DNA of 61,338 nt, filler included, from Hausera hauseri (GCA_046269625.1; 9 parts of 9 records of this genome joined end to end with filler, not necessarily neighbours in it), one strand, 5' to 3'; shown: positions 1 to 13,473, counted from the first letter of the whole stretch. Notes: a model not told the origin generated them from the letters alone. Translations and numbers: made by a program.

Positions 1-299
1 ATGAAGTATTAACACAATAGAAACCGATTTCCACCACTGCACATAAAACTTTGACTGACAATTTTGAAAAGTTTATTTAAAGATTATCACAATTCAGCCA
101 ATAAAGATGATAAAAACGTCGGCATGTTTTAATAGTGGCCAGAATTCTCCACATAATAATACAACAGATGGAGGAAGTTTGGAAAATGAAATAGAACATG
201 GCTCGTTTCAAGATTTCAACATGTTTAGTTGAAATATATAATGACAACTGTGTAAACATATTATATGGTGAAGGTGGAATCCAACTTTACGTTGAATGT

Positions 300-1897
300 A
301 GTCGGTTCAATCAATTTTTTGCCAATCTTTACTCAGACAAAACTCCAAGAAAATCATCCATCTCAAGATATTCTCAAATCATTCAAGTCCCACCACATCG
401 TCGACGGCGTGGCTTTAGACACTTCCAAACCAGGACATTCTAAAATAAATCTTGCCCCATCTTTACACAAACAAGCATTTGATAGTATACATTCATTACA
501 TCCTGGTGCCAAGGCAACTTTTCGATTGCTTCAACGACAAGTAGTTCGGCCGTCGATGCGCTCCGATATACAAGCATGGGTTAAAGAGTGCGTGGCTTGT
601 CAGAAGTATAAAACCATAAAACATTTAAAACCGCCATTATACCATTTCCCTTGTACTTCACGTTTTGAAACAATACATTGATATCGTTGGTCCTCTTCAA
701 ATAGACAACGGCCACCAATTTATTCTGACCATGATGAACCGTTCCTCACGATGGTCCGAAGCCATTCTACTGCGTAGTACAAACACTGACACAATAGCTG
801 ATAATTTTATCCGTACGTGGATTAGTAGGTTCGGATCTTCTCGTTATATCATCTCAAACCAAGGTCCACAATTTGAGTCAAATCTGTTCAAATCTTTAGT
901 CAACCGATTGGGTATAAGTCACATTCATACAACACCTTATCAACCCCAATCAAATGGCCTCCTTGAACGTTTTTATGGAACCTTGAAAACATTACTTCGA
1001 ATCCTTGCACAGACAAACACTTTTTGGACTACACTTCTACCGTTCGTCCTGCTGAGCTGATGGAACACTCCGTCCACGTCCACAGGATGTTCACCAATGG
1101 AAGCTTTATTCGGAACCCCTGTATGGTCACTGTTTGAACTAACGGCTCTTGAATTGACTCCTACGGACGAAAGAATACGAGCAGCACAATATCATTTTGT
1201 TATAATTAGTAAAGATTCGTTTTGCAGGTTTTTACAAAATGACAAATCCTATATACCCGAAGACTTATACTGGGCAAAGTTTGTATGGCTAAAAAACCAG
1301 ACACCGTGCGGTTTCCGAGCACAGTACTTAGTACCATATAAGTTGGTACAGCTGCATTCACACAACACTATTATCCTCAAAGACGGAAAAGAAGTTGTTG
1401 TGCATATGACTAATCTAAAACCCGCCTTTTACGTGGACGATACCTCACTAATCGAGACATCAACCTCATTCCTCACACCTGTACCCACCTCTACTCCGAT
1501 TTCTGTTTCTCATTCTACCACTCATGATCCAACTACTACCGTTTCTGTGCCTACATCGCCACCTACCAATTCGATCCCTTCCTCGATCTCTGCATTTCCC
1601 TCTACTCCTACTTTTATCAATATTTCCGCCACACATCTTATTTCTATACCTTCGCCCAATTCTTCTGCACCTCTCAACTCGTCACCTACCAAAACTATCG
1701 CAGAAAACCGGATTAATTTACTTACAATCAATTCTTCTCCATATTTTCTATTACCTTCCCCAGCAACAACATACAATCACAATGAAACTAATATTTCTCT
1801 TAACAAGTCCCATCACAAATCAGTTACTTTCAGTACCTATAGCAGACTACTGAAAAATGAAGGAGTACAACGTCTCGTACGTACAAAAACCTTTTAG
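300..1897 (+). mobile_element. pol: Decayed Ty3/Gypsy (CsRn1-like) pol 3' fragment: integrase Zn-binding + core + S/T/P-rich tail
   Basis: ORFs 265-681 (HSLHPG...WVKECVACQ), 665-1060 (IDIVGPL, SNQGPQFES, YQPQSNGLLERF) and 1097-1897, with frameshifts and stops. Homologous to the copies at 33-43 kb. Confidence 0.92.
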
Positions 1898-1963
1898 GCA
1901 AATCATACTATTTGTTTTCGGGATTTTCTTTCAATGCTTTCTTTACACTTTCTCAACTAATTC

Positions 1964-2000
1964 ACGGGGGATATTGTAGTGCCTATCACATCTACGCTAA
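1964..2000 (+). promoter_or_regulatory. Polypurine tract and start of 3' LTR (TGTAGTGCC)
   Basis: ACGGGGGATAT followed by TGTAGTGCC, about 70 nt after the pol stop. The same arrangement occurs at 38181, 42917 and 47157. LTR end not determined. Confidence 0.65.
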
Positions 2001-4302
2001 CATATATAAACTTATTCAATTCACTAAATTTTTACCAGCTGACATTTACGAAAGTTGTGAATACTTGATGAATTCAAATGTGTCTACCTCAGTAAACGTA
2101 AATTGGAATAGGCGTTTTTTCACAATATTATTTATGGCTAATAGAGTGGTTAGGAATTCCTGAATCTTTAAGTAGTTCCATTTTGACGTAATGTATTTTA
2201 TTAACTCCTCACTTAGTACCTTTTGCATTTTTATCATTAGCCATATGGTATTTAGCTTTTTTCAGTGCTAATTTTGAGTTCCGGCAAATCCTTTCAATTT
2301 CTCCTATATATTTATCGGTTTGATCCTGACGTCTCTATAAGTGAAATTTCCGATATCCATGATATAATTTTTCTTGGTACCAAAATACATTTTACTTTCG
2401 ACTGCACATTAACTTGATTTAAATGTTTTGCTTATATGAAAATATTAAAATAATATATCCAGTCTAGCTAGCTGGGACAAATATGTTTTAAATACGTTTA
2501 AAATTTATCGATTGTTGGTTGTATCAAATGTTAGGTTTACGTTATAAATTTATATGTACATAATTTATGCCTATGTGTAAATATTCCATGTAATATAATT
2601 TTATTAACTAACAACATGAAAATTGTGATGTGAGGCAGCTGCGGGGAGTGGTTCATGGACGGGAGCCGGATTCGATATTCTGTGATTTTGTTGGACAATA
2701 TTGTTTTAATTGCACGATAACTAAAAGCAAAAGTACATTCTCAATTTGAACGTAATTAATAAATTTTTTGACTCTCAGCACAAATTTGTTTTTTGAATAT
2801 ATTTCTGAAATGAATGGCCAAAATAATACATTATTGGATGTAACAGATTGGAAAAGGTCGACTACACGAAAAAATAATGGAACATTGATGGTGCAGAAAA
2901 AATGGTCGAACCACATTTTGATGCACCAACAAAACCTGGTGAAAATTACTGAATTTATAAATTTTATTATTCATTTAAACGCATCAGTTTTGTACGAATA
3001 TGTACAACTAACTTACAACAACAATAACGTTTACACACGAAGGCCATACATAGAAACAAATGTCATAGAGTGGAATAGAGGATTAAGAGCAATATAAAGG
3101 AAAATCGAGATTAAATTAAACTTTAAGGAGTTCGAGAAACCAAGAAACGTTGATGTAACATATACCAATACTTAAATGAATCCGCATGGATTCACGACGA
3201 TTCTAAATTTCGAAGGAATTTTGGTTTCTGAATGATGGTCAACAGGGATTTAGGGCTCGATTAAATTATTGGAAATTCTCGACATTTAAATTTCTATAAT
3301 TATGTAAGTTGAGAATTACGATTTTTCGGGATTACTATGAGGAATTGACCATTTGTAAATTAGGGATTTAAGTTCGCGAAAATTGGCGATTTAAAATTCT
3401 CAGTTAACTATGGAAAATTTTGATTTCAAAATTAATTAATATCAGTGATTTTCGTAATTAAATTCGTAATAACTAATTAATCGTAAAATTGAAGTTATTC
3501 GATTAATTATCGTGATTTGATTTTGCCAGATTGCGTTTTGCATCAAAAACATTTGAGTTATTTACTTGAATATACTTAATTATTTTAGTTACTAAATTAC
3601 TTTGGCCAACTTAGATACATGTAATTTACAATAATAGTAATGGTAGTAATACCCATCAGATGGGTTTAACATAATTAAAATCAAAAAGACATTTAACGAA
3701 ATACAAGTTTTATTATTTATGTACAAAATCAATGTCATAATCAGTAGTCAAATTCACGTTGTCAAATTGTAACAAACAATTTATTATCAAGTCACAAATA
3801 AATGTGCAATTTTCATAAATTCGCAATAATGAATTGCCACAATTATGTCTGTTGAAGCAAAACAACTGATAGATTGATTTAATTGCCTATTAACCGTATT
3901 GATTCTGATGTGCAATTTAAATTCAGCAAATTTTATTAACTGAACCAATTGAATTTGATGTAAAATTTAAATCTAGACGGCTAATAATCAAATTTCATTT
4001 TATCTGAATTTTACGAAATGTAATTTTCTTTTTATGAAATTGTACACAATTAGATTATTATATAAACCTGCAATATTCTGATCTAACAACAATAATACTT
4101 CTGCACGTCTGTATTTTTGTACAGTGTCAAACTATTATAATTTTGAGGTCTTTTCATTGTTTATTTTTAATTTTATCTTATACTTTAATTTTTATATTTT
4201 ATTGTTAAATCTTAGCTATCGTTAAAAATTTATATTTTTTACGTTTTGTTTTATTTTAGTTTTTAAGTAAAACTAAGCAAATAATTAAAACATCATAAAC
4301 TA

Positions 4303-4506
4303 AAGGCCGTTCGGCTATAACGTCCCTTTAGGACGTTTGTTTAAAATATCGATAATTAGAGGTGAAGTCGGTAGTGTGCATCCTAGCGATCGATTCTCAC
4401 AGTAACACCAAATCAAATGTGGTAACCCCACAGGTTACTGCAACAATAAATAAAGTTTGAGTTGGAGGTAGCTAGGCCTAAACTACTTAGAACCTCTAAC
4501 TTTACA
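4303..4506 (+). other. Structured element A (LTR-like R/U5 or ncRNA)
   Basis: Four hairpins including a CCACA-loop stem, AATAAA at 4445, ends in ...TTTACA. Same architecture as 6097-6295. Confidence 0.45.
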
Positions 4507-5199
4507 TGTCAGTTTTCCATTGTTTTGACATTATTTGGAATATCGATGTCGACGTTTTTCAGTTCGATTGAATTCGAGATCTGAATTGGATTGGAGTTTT
4601 GGATTTTGGTTTATAGTTTATTTCGGAGTGATTTAGGGTCAATGTATTATTAAGAAACCCTAACAAATAGATAAAATTAGTTCTAATAAAGCAAGAGTTT
4701 AATGGAATTTATATAATTAAAATATACATAATTCATTGAATATCTAGACGTATCAGACAATATTCAACGAAAAACACAATAAAAATATCCTATATGATTA
4801 AATAACAAAATTTATCAAAATGAGTACATTAAACTGGGCGTTAAACTGCGATATGTATTGAGTTTAACTATGAAAACTTCTGTCCATCAATATATATGAT
4901 AAGGTTCTTACATCAAGATACACTTCATCGAAAGCACTTTGATTATGACATTAATAAAGTTCCAAATAGATTTTCGTAGTATAGTTTAAAAACTTTGAAA
5001 AGTAATTGCTAAGAAAACTGGAATATTTCAATAGATAAGCACACATGGATTGTGAATTATTTCATTGTGGTGCCGCGGCTGTAGGCATGACCACAATCCT
5101 GGAAATTTATTTGTCTCTATTCGTTAGTAAATCTTTCATTTTGCGTCAAAAATATCGTCCGATTTTTTAAAACCTCCAACTTTGATAAGCATTTATCTC

Positions 5200-5700
5200 C
5201 AATATAGTACATTTTACATAAAACGTTTGAAATGTACGAAGTTAAACAAATATTCTGCAGATACTTTGCTAGAAAATGGAATGAGAGTACATATAAGAGA
5301 CCAACTTTTAATGTGGAAATCAATTGATAATGGGTAATCATCTACGCGAGATATGATTAGAATGCCAAATTTCCATTTGTGGTTACAAGCATCCAAATAC
5401 GATATTTTAGATTGTCCGAAAGCACAATTATATAATTTTCAGAATTATAATCTATAATATTATTGATTTTGTTATCATTTCGTTTTGTATCATATTTTGT
5501 TGGTAATGAGATAACGTCGGAAATCAGAGCAAAAGTCTGCAAATATAAAATTCAACAAAATACTTATAGCACCACAGACAATTTTACAAAACAGAAAATG
5601 AAATTAAGTATATAACTGTTGACAATATTGCCGATGCCGATTAATTGATGATGCTATAAACATAATGACGATTGTCGAGACAATATGAATTTTTAATGAT
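5200..5700 (-). pseudogene. Highly decayed reverse-transcriptase relic
   Basis: Minus strand reads NCAFGQSKISYL at about 5390-5430, resembling the Gypsy RT KC.F...I.YLG motif. The rest is heavily degraded. Confidence 0.3.
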
Positions 5701-6096
5701 TGTGATATATATCTTAACAACATTTATTTCATTTCATTTGGTTTCATGTTCAAATTGTTTAATTTTATTTCTACACATTATTTTGTATATTGTTTGGAAT
5801 ATTTATGTAAAATTGCAATTCAATAGTCTATTTCAAAAGGGGTATATAAACCCACTACGTTTGATAAAACACACAATTTTTTTTTGTCACGATTTCTTCA
5901 GTTATGTATTGTAGTTATCACTCACGTAAGTGCCTTCTTTTTACTATACATCTTTCTTATTGTAGTTTGTATATCATTTTATTTGATTCCTTTATTTATT
6001 AAAAATTTTACGTTTAGTTATTTATTGATTTTCGTAACTTAGTATTTTTGTCGATTATAAATAATCATACTTTAGTAGGATATAACTATACCAAAT

Positions 6097-6295
6097 AAAA
6101 GGGCCCTATTGTTCTTACGGACATAAAAATCCGTACAAAGCCAAACTCATCTAAAATCTGGGGAAGACACCAGTGTCCCTCCTGGTGATCGAGTTCACGT
6201 ACATATTAATTCTATTCCTAGGCCGACCCCACAGGCGGCTTCTAAGAGTAAATAAATTATCTTGGTTCGCGGAGATACATACCTCGAACTACCTA
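6097..6295 (+). other. Structured element B (LTR-like R/U5 or ncRNA)
   Basis: Same hairpin order as element A, AATAAA at 6251. Possible LTR termini TGTAGTT (about 5910/5962) ... AACTACC (about 6293). Confidence 0.45.
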
Positions 6296-8364
6296 TACTG
6301 ATTTAAGTAAGAATAAGTTTGAGGTTCAAGAACCCAAACTTCTCAAAAATCCAATTTTATCGAATTTCTTTTATCTCAAACTTATCAAATACTTCCCTAC
6401 TCCATTCTTTTTTGTATTATTTTCTAGAAAACTGAATAAAACGAATAAATAATTTTAATTTCCACCAATGTCCAAAAGTGGGACGGGTTTAATTTTTATA
6501 TTAAAATAAAAACGATAACAATTATGGCAAAAATAGTTCCAGTTGGTTAGTAGAAATATCATTATACAGTTAATTTAATTTTTTTTGTATTTTTGAATTG
6601 TGGCGGGTAATGGTTTAAAATAATACTTAATAATAATCCAGCGTGTATAAGCATTAGATGATTGCGTAATGGGGGTCTGTTCTAAAGATATATAGAGGAA
6701 AGTAGAGATATGCAGAACATATAAACAAATTTCCATATTAAGCAGCTGAATGTGTGAGTAGGCAAATGAGCAAGGATATGAGCATGCGTGTGTGTAAGCG
6801 GAGCAGGTGCATCGTTATCAGTTAAGACGTAATCGAACAGGTGAATTATTACGTAAGGGTCAGTTCTGTTAATACAATGCCCTTCATCTGAACATGCACA
6901 TTTCTTCTCCATTTTTATAAATCTGTTATTATTGATAGATCGTATGAAATGACAAAGTTTTCATAATTGAAAAATGGACATTGCACGTGCCTATTTCAAA
7001 TGTCCTATAAAATGGCATCTCGGAGTACAGAAGATTTCAGAAAGAGGAAAATGTCAAATATTAATAAAAATGTTCATGAATCGTTGTAAAGTAAATAATC
7101 AAAGTAATTAATTCGTCGTAAAATGTTTCGTCATTGATTTACATAAAAACTTATGCGAACCACCAGTTCACCAGGGAATAAATTTCATCCACTCGACGAA
7201 AAGAAAAATATCAATAAAAGCAAAATTTCGAACGATAAGAGTTTTAATCAACTTACAGTGGTTCGTTGAAAATCAAATCAAATCTGTGGGGAATTAATCG
7301 ACAAAAAAAAGTTGAAAAACGAATTTCAAAAAAAAAATCACAAACATTTAAAATAAATTGGATGAGTTTCCTCTACAACAAGAAAAGAATTTCCGATGGG
7401 AATTTTTTTTCCATCTGTCGAAAAATAACAAAAGGCCCAGCAAAACAAAAAATCCCGAAGCCATATTCACGAATAGTAATTTGACGTTTTACCACAGCAA
7501 TTATTCGTGACAACAGTACAGTTTAGTACCGGGATTTGGGGTTATTTGAATATCCCAACCCGGGGCATCCAGTTGGCCAATTAAATGACCAAATGCCAAA
7601 CAATAAGTTCATAACAAATTTTCAACAGTTTTTTCAACGCTCAATCAACTCGAACAAATACGAATATTTTAATCCAATGATCAGAAAATATATTTTATCA
7701 ATTCTTATAGATATAAGCATAAAAATTCTCCCTTTATTTTGCCCATCATTGCCTCGTCTCTTTCCTTATGCAGCCTTAATATTGTTTTCAACCAGTACGA
7801 ATCTTATTAGTATTACAAATTGAATTACTCTCGCCAATCTGGTGACTTAAGACGCATGCTTCAAAAACTAAATCAAATTTGAATAAATCAGCCATTGTGT
7901 TCAATGTTAACATAGAGCCAGAGTCGTGTTCGATAAACGGACTATAACATAGAGACATATCAAAAAATGAAGTGGTTTCCTGAATACATTTTTTATCTTC
8001 TTTTTTGTTAGTTCTCGGTAAAAAAACGCATTTGGCCAGATTTATCAGTGAGATGAATTTTAATGGAGATGCACGAATTCTTGTTGACTGATGACATTGA
8101 ATTGGGGCAATTAATTTGATTGTTTGCCGTTGAGAAAATCATGAGCAAAATTTAAATATTCACTTTAAATGACTTTTTTTACACATTAAACAGAAAATTT
8201 TGATGAAATAAATTTTGGTTCTGGATTTTTGATATTCGTTATAAGATTTGTGGTGGGATTGATTTGTCGAATTATTTCATACGGTCTTTCGAACTGGTAA
8301 GCATCTTTTCTTCTTTTCTGAGGATCTACTTTCACGAACACTTTCTGTCCAATTTCAAAATTTC

Positions 8365-8464
8365 NNNNNNNNNNNNNNNNNNNNNNNNNNNNNNNNNNNN
8401 NNNNNNNNTTAATTAATTAANNNNNNNNNNNNNNNNNNNNNNNNNNNNNNNNNNNNNNNNNNNN
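8365..8464. other. Artificial contig spacer (N44-TTAATTAATTAA-N44); also at 16136, 25485, 32964, 38263, 43328, 49948, 55805
   Basis: Identical 100-nt structure eight times. TTAATTAATTAA gives stops in all six frames. Confidence 0.99.
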
Positions 8465-11400
8465 AACCCATGCTTGCACATCAGAACGCATTGATGGCCA
8501 TATTACCTGTCGATTGAGTAGACGAAAAGTGGCTTTAGCACCAGGAGGTGTCCAAAACCACGACGTCAACGATTGTGCAAGATTTAGAAGACTTAAGCAT
8601 GTCTTGAGGTGGCTGGTTCTGTTGAAGTTGTTCTTTTGTAAAAATCGGAGAAAAACTAATCGAACTAACCGACCTAGATAAAAAATCATCAACTAAATTG
8701 TTAACTCCCTTAATATGTTTAATATTGAAGTTAAATGTAGACAAGTATGATATTTGTCTCTCTTGCGTGTGGAGGGGAGTTTTATGGTCATGATGTTAAG
8801 TAAAGGCTTGTGATCAGTTTGTAGAGTGAAATGTCTAGCGACGAGTAAGTGTAAGAAATGTTTGAGGGCAAGAACGATTGCCAATAGTTCTCGATCGAAC
8901 GTGGAATACATGGTTTCAGGTGCGGTTAGTTTGCGAGAGAAGAATTCCAATGGTTGGTTTTTTCCTTTGTAGATCTGATGGAGTACAGCGCCTACTGCGG
9001 TGGTTGAGGCATCTGTGGTGAGGATAAGTTCTGCTTCAGGCTTGGGAAAAGCTAGAATGTCGACGGTTTTGATTCCGTCACGTAGTTTATCGAATTTGTC
9101 AACCAATTCCGGTGTCCATTGGATTGGTTGATGTCTTTTGCCGCCGCTTAAATGTGCGAATGGAGCTGTTAATTCCGAGAAATATGGCACATATTTATGT
9201 ACAAAGTGGAGTGTGCCAAGGAAGCCACACATTTCCGTGGTCGTACGTGGCAAATGGGTACTTTTAAGAGCTTCGACTCGGCCTGATTTGGGAGAATGAC
9301 CGTCTGGTGTAATAACGTGGCCTAAAAATTTAATGCGTTTTTTTTGAAAAATTGGCATTTGTCAAAACTGATCTGTAGATTATGGTGGTAGAGGCGTTGA
9401 AATATTGCGCGAAGGTGTTCTTCGTGTTGTTTGGCCGAAGATGAAACGACTAGGATATGGGCGATATAAGGGTGTGCAAACGGAAAATCTGCAAGAACTG
9501 AATCAGTGTGAGGCTGAAAAGTTTTTGCGGCATTCCGTAAACCAAATGGCATGAATAGGTATTCATAGAGGCCAAGAGGAGTAGTTACTGCGATTTTTTC
9601 TGTCTTCAGGTGCTACCGGTATTTGATGATAGGCTTTAGCTAAATCAATGGTTGAATAGATGTTGATTGAATTAAGACGATGCAGGATATCCTCGATGAG
9701 TGGTAAAGAATACGCATCCACGATAGTCAAGTTGTTAAGCTGTCGGTAATAACCGCATGGTCTAAAGGTACTGTCCGTTTTTGTACGACGTGTAACAGTG
9801 ATGACCAAGGAGATTTGGAACGCGTACGATGCCGGAGCGTTTTATCTCAAGAAATTCGGGTTCTACGGCCTGTCTACGCCAAGGTGACGGAGACCGTACT
9901 TTTTGGCGTATTGGACGTTGGTGCTGTGTGACTGTGGTGTAAGGTGCTGTTTGCGGGAGTAAAAGTACGGTCTTTTTTAAGTACGCGTGGACAAGATGTG
10001 TTGATGAACTGTTGTAAAGTTGTAGGTAGCTGTGAGAGATTCGGTGAAAGTGGTGAAACGGCTTGAGCAGTAGCAGATGCAATTTGTGAGTTGTTATATG
10101 CTGTGCAGTCAAGTGGTATTTGGTGCAAGACTGTTGAATTGAAAATAGTGTTGGCTGAAATATTTCGTCAAATGAGTGGACGTTGGTAGAAGTACCACAA
10201 TTTTCGACATTGAACCTCGATCGAATGTCAGTATTATTGTTTAAAAATTTACGAATAGCATTATCGTTATAAAAATTGAATTATTCATAGACTTTTTTAA
10301 TATTGACTTCCGCATTCCGGTCGACTGCGCGGTAGTCGAAATGCTATTCATATGCTCAGAAATGTGGCCAGTGGTGCCGTTCCTGAGACATAGTTGGCTG
10401 CAGTCAACCAGTATATTATAATGTGAAAAAAAGTCAGATCCTAGAATTGCCGACTGGACGTTAGCGACTGTGAACGTCCAGCAGAAAGGTGTTGGGAAAT
10501 TTGAAAAAGTGAAGGATAATTTAGCCATACCAGAGATGTGCAGCGGTTGGCCTGAAGCAGTGTACAAGGGCTTAAGTTTGAATGGAGAGTTTTGAACAGG
10601 AAAGGTTTGCGGTAATAGAGAAATCGCTGCACCTGTGTCGATGAGGAAGTCAAGAGATTGCGGTGTAGGAACATTGATTTCGACCTTTAAGGTGAAAACA
10701 GCGAAAGAGATATGTCGGCGTTCAAAATGTAAAGTAATGCCTTTGCCAGAATTTTCCGTGACATCTGGCGGCGAACTTAGTTTTTTTGAAAGGGTGAATT
10801 AGTACGATTATTAGAAGGAAAGGCAGTACGTCCGTCATTCGTGTTGGATTTGAAAATGCAGCCTGGAATACATCTACGAGCTTGATTTTTGAATCTTGCA
10901 CGGTAGACGCAGACAACGGTGTCGGAGAAAAATTTCTGGTTATAAAACTTGCACCCTAGGCAGCACTTCTGAATATTAGTGTTAAATCTGCTATGGTAAT
11001 AGCAGATCGACGCACGCGTAGGCGATGGTGATAGATTTCTTAACGTGGAACGAGTGCGATCAGCGGCAAAACCCCCCCGTTGATACAGAGATAATTCGTT
11101 TAATTTATTATTGATGTTATTGATTGTTGCATGCAGTGCAATGTTTTCAGCACGTAGCTGACTAAGTTATTGTTCTATAGATGTAGTATTTGATTGTATG
11201 TCGTTAGTTGCGACTGCTGCAGAAACTACTAGTGGGGAATTTATGTGTAGGACATCGTATGTCCTATCGGCCAATTCGGTTAATTTATCAAGCGGCGTGG
11301 AGTCTCCCACCACGGTAAGGAGGGCCCAGATTTGGATAGGTAGCGCATTCAGAAAATAATGGCGTATAAGATCTGGGTTATGCTCCTTAGTTACGCCAAG

Positions 11401-12340
11401 AGTGCGCAATGTGCTAACGAGGTTCGTGGGAAGTCACTGTGTTTTTTGTGTTCCCAGTGCATTTTCATTAAAGAAACGTTGCATTATGGAGTGGATTGAT
11501 GGTTCTGTCTGTTTTAATACAGCGTCGAATAATTGGGTATAATGGTCAGGGTGTTGAAAGATGTCTAGCAAGTTATGTATTGAGGCTTTTATGGAGTTTG
11601 GGAGAAGAGAGTAAGCTGTGGGCTTTAGATAAGGAGTCTGCGATACTATTAGACTGTAGCCAGAGTTGATGGAAGTGAAGCCACGTTTTACTGGACTTTT
11701 CATTATCTACGAATTAGTCAGTGCAATGTGAAGTAAGACAGGATTTTTGTTTAAAGAATTTGCGTGGGTTAAAGTAGGTGGATGATTTGGTCTGGTGTAA
11801 AGAATTGGTATGGGCTTTTTTGTAGTGGTTGTATCCGTGGTGTCAGTGATTGGTAAAGATTTCATTTCACCATGAATACGGCGATGTATGTTGAAACAAG
11901 CGTGATTTGAAAAAGAAGGTAAAGTTTCATTGACGTGTATAATGGCACCGTTTAGAGTGAGGTAGAAGTCTGAAGAACCAAGGGAAGAAGAAATGCGGGT
12001 CTGAAGGGTGGGGATGTGTGGGTGTGTTGTATGGAGAGTATATGTGAATGTTGTTATAAAAAAGAAAACGGAGGTGGGCGCAATGGTGCGCCTGGAAGCG
12101 TGATTTGGGGGCAACGCCGAAGGCACCATCCGACCGACCGGCGCAAGGTTGGCGGTCGGAACCTCCGCCCCGGCATGGCGGGCACGAAAAAGCAGAGTGC
12201 CCGAGTTTCCCCTCAAACCGCACGATATATTCGGTAAATACGTCGGCTTGTTTAATTGGTATTTCACGTTTTGTGGAGGTAATACGTGATTGTGAAACAG
12301 TTGAAATGAGCGCATAGGGATAGATGAAAGTAATTTCAGA
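8465..12340 (-). mobile_element. Decayed CsRn1-like Gypsy copy: Ubl leader-gag-PR-RT-RNase H-start of IN
   Basis: gag (RHYFLNALPIQI, two CX2HX9CX3C knuckles), PR (…DTGAAISL; ILGSDF), RT (RPCGYYRQLN, IDLAKAYHQI, MPFGLRNA), RNase H (LTTDAS, YSTFDRELLA, TDHKPL). Many frameshifts. Confidence 0.93.
11866..12340 (-). pseudogene. Tandem ubiquitin-like domains N-terminal to Gag (copy 1; ends IHRRIHGE|M)
   Basis: ORF 11707-12315 reads SIPMRSFQLFHN...CGLRGNSGTLLFR, then a Pro-rich linker, then VFFFIT..TYTLH..PTLQTRISSSLG.SDFYLTLNGAII...FNIHRRIHGE-MKS, in frame with the gag N-terminus. Confidence 0.65.
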
Positions 12341-12934
12341 TTGTTCTGAGACTCGAATCTTCGAACAGCTGCCCATCTACATATATATGCTAAGTAATTT
12401 CGGGCCTTATTTGGACAATTAATGTATCCTGTTCGATAATATTTAGTGTTTGGTAGGTATGCTCCAATAAAGGCATTAACGACTTCAAAAAGATTTCGTC
12501 ATCTTTATTAAATCGATCGGTGATCGTGCAATCTATCTTATTAACAATTTGGTCATGATTGATGTGAACCCAGCAAGGTAAATCAAACTTATCATTGGAA
12601 TATTTTGAATTTTTAAATAAATAATTTGACGAGCTGGTTGAGACATCTAACTGTAGATTATGTTTTTGCTAAATCCTTTAATTCAAGACACTTTTTGAGT
12701 AAAAATTGCATGAGAATATTTCCAGCCATAAACTTGTTGGGAACCTGTCCAACATGCGTTGATATATATTCAGACATTTTAAATCGCGCATCCTTTGGTT
12801 TACAAAACAATGTAATAATCTTCTTACCAATTAGATTGTCGCCAGTTTCGCTGTTCGTCAGCAAACACGACAGCTCATCGCAGTCTCTTCGATCGCTAAA
12901 CGAAATATCCACATCTGGACTGTAATCCATGATG

Positions 12935-13473
12935 ATAGCCTGTTTGATATAATTGCATTCGTGTTACCATTTTGGGTGACAGATCTCTCGTCACATATTG
13001 ATAGGCATCGGTAAAAATTAAATTAAATGCGTTAAAAATTGATGCTGAAATTGTGTCAAGATAAAACAAACTTTTGAGAATAGGTTGCCAGTCTAGAATG
13101 GAACTGTTCATGTAAACCATACCGTTTCGAGAGGCAGTAGCAGGGGAAGCGCTCTCTATATTGTAACCTTCAAAAATAATTGTGGTATGCGGTGCCATGG
13201 GAATACGGTCACAATTTGCCAGTGTTAATGTCTTGTTATCATCGAGCACAAAGTTCAAGTTCTCAATCCAAATAGTATCAACGTGGTCTCCTTTTTTCAC
13301 CTTGTGTTCTTCTCCATAACGTCGTAAAAATACCTTCGATTCAGTCATTTGTAGCTACGTCGAGCCTACCAAATATTTGCGTTGCTGTAATTGCCTTTGG
13401 ATTCATTCGCGTTTCTTTATGGGGTTCACCGCAATCCGTCATGGTTTTCATGAGGACACTGATGCATTTCGTT
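12935..13473 (-). pseudogene. DNAH5: Axonemal dynein heavy chain (DNAH5/DNAH8-type) AAA2 fragment
   Basis: [43 protein letters not shown]...[27 protein letters not shown]...[14 protein letters not shown]. Carries a stop, a deletion and frameshifts. Confidence 0.9.

Noticed and set aside
4655-4664. AACCCTAAC as a telomerase RNA template
   Set aside because: Short match lying 3' of the structured region, with no pseudoknot or H/ACA context.
8409-8420. Recurrent TTAATTAATTAA palindrome
   Set aside because: Always centred in identical N runs, so it is an assembly linker, not biology.
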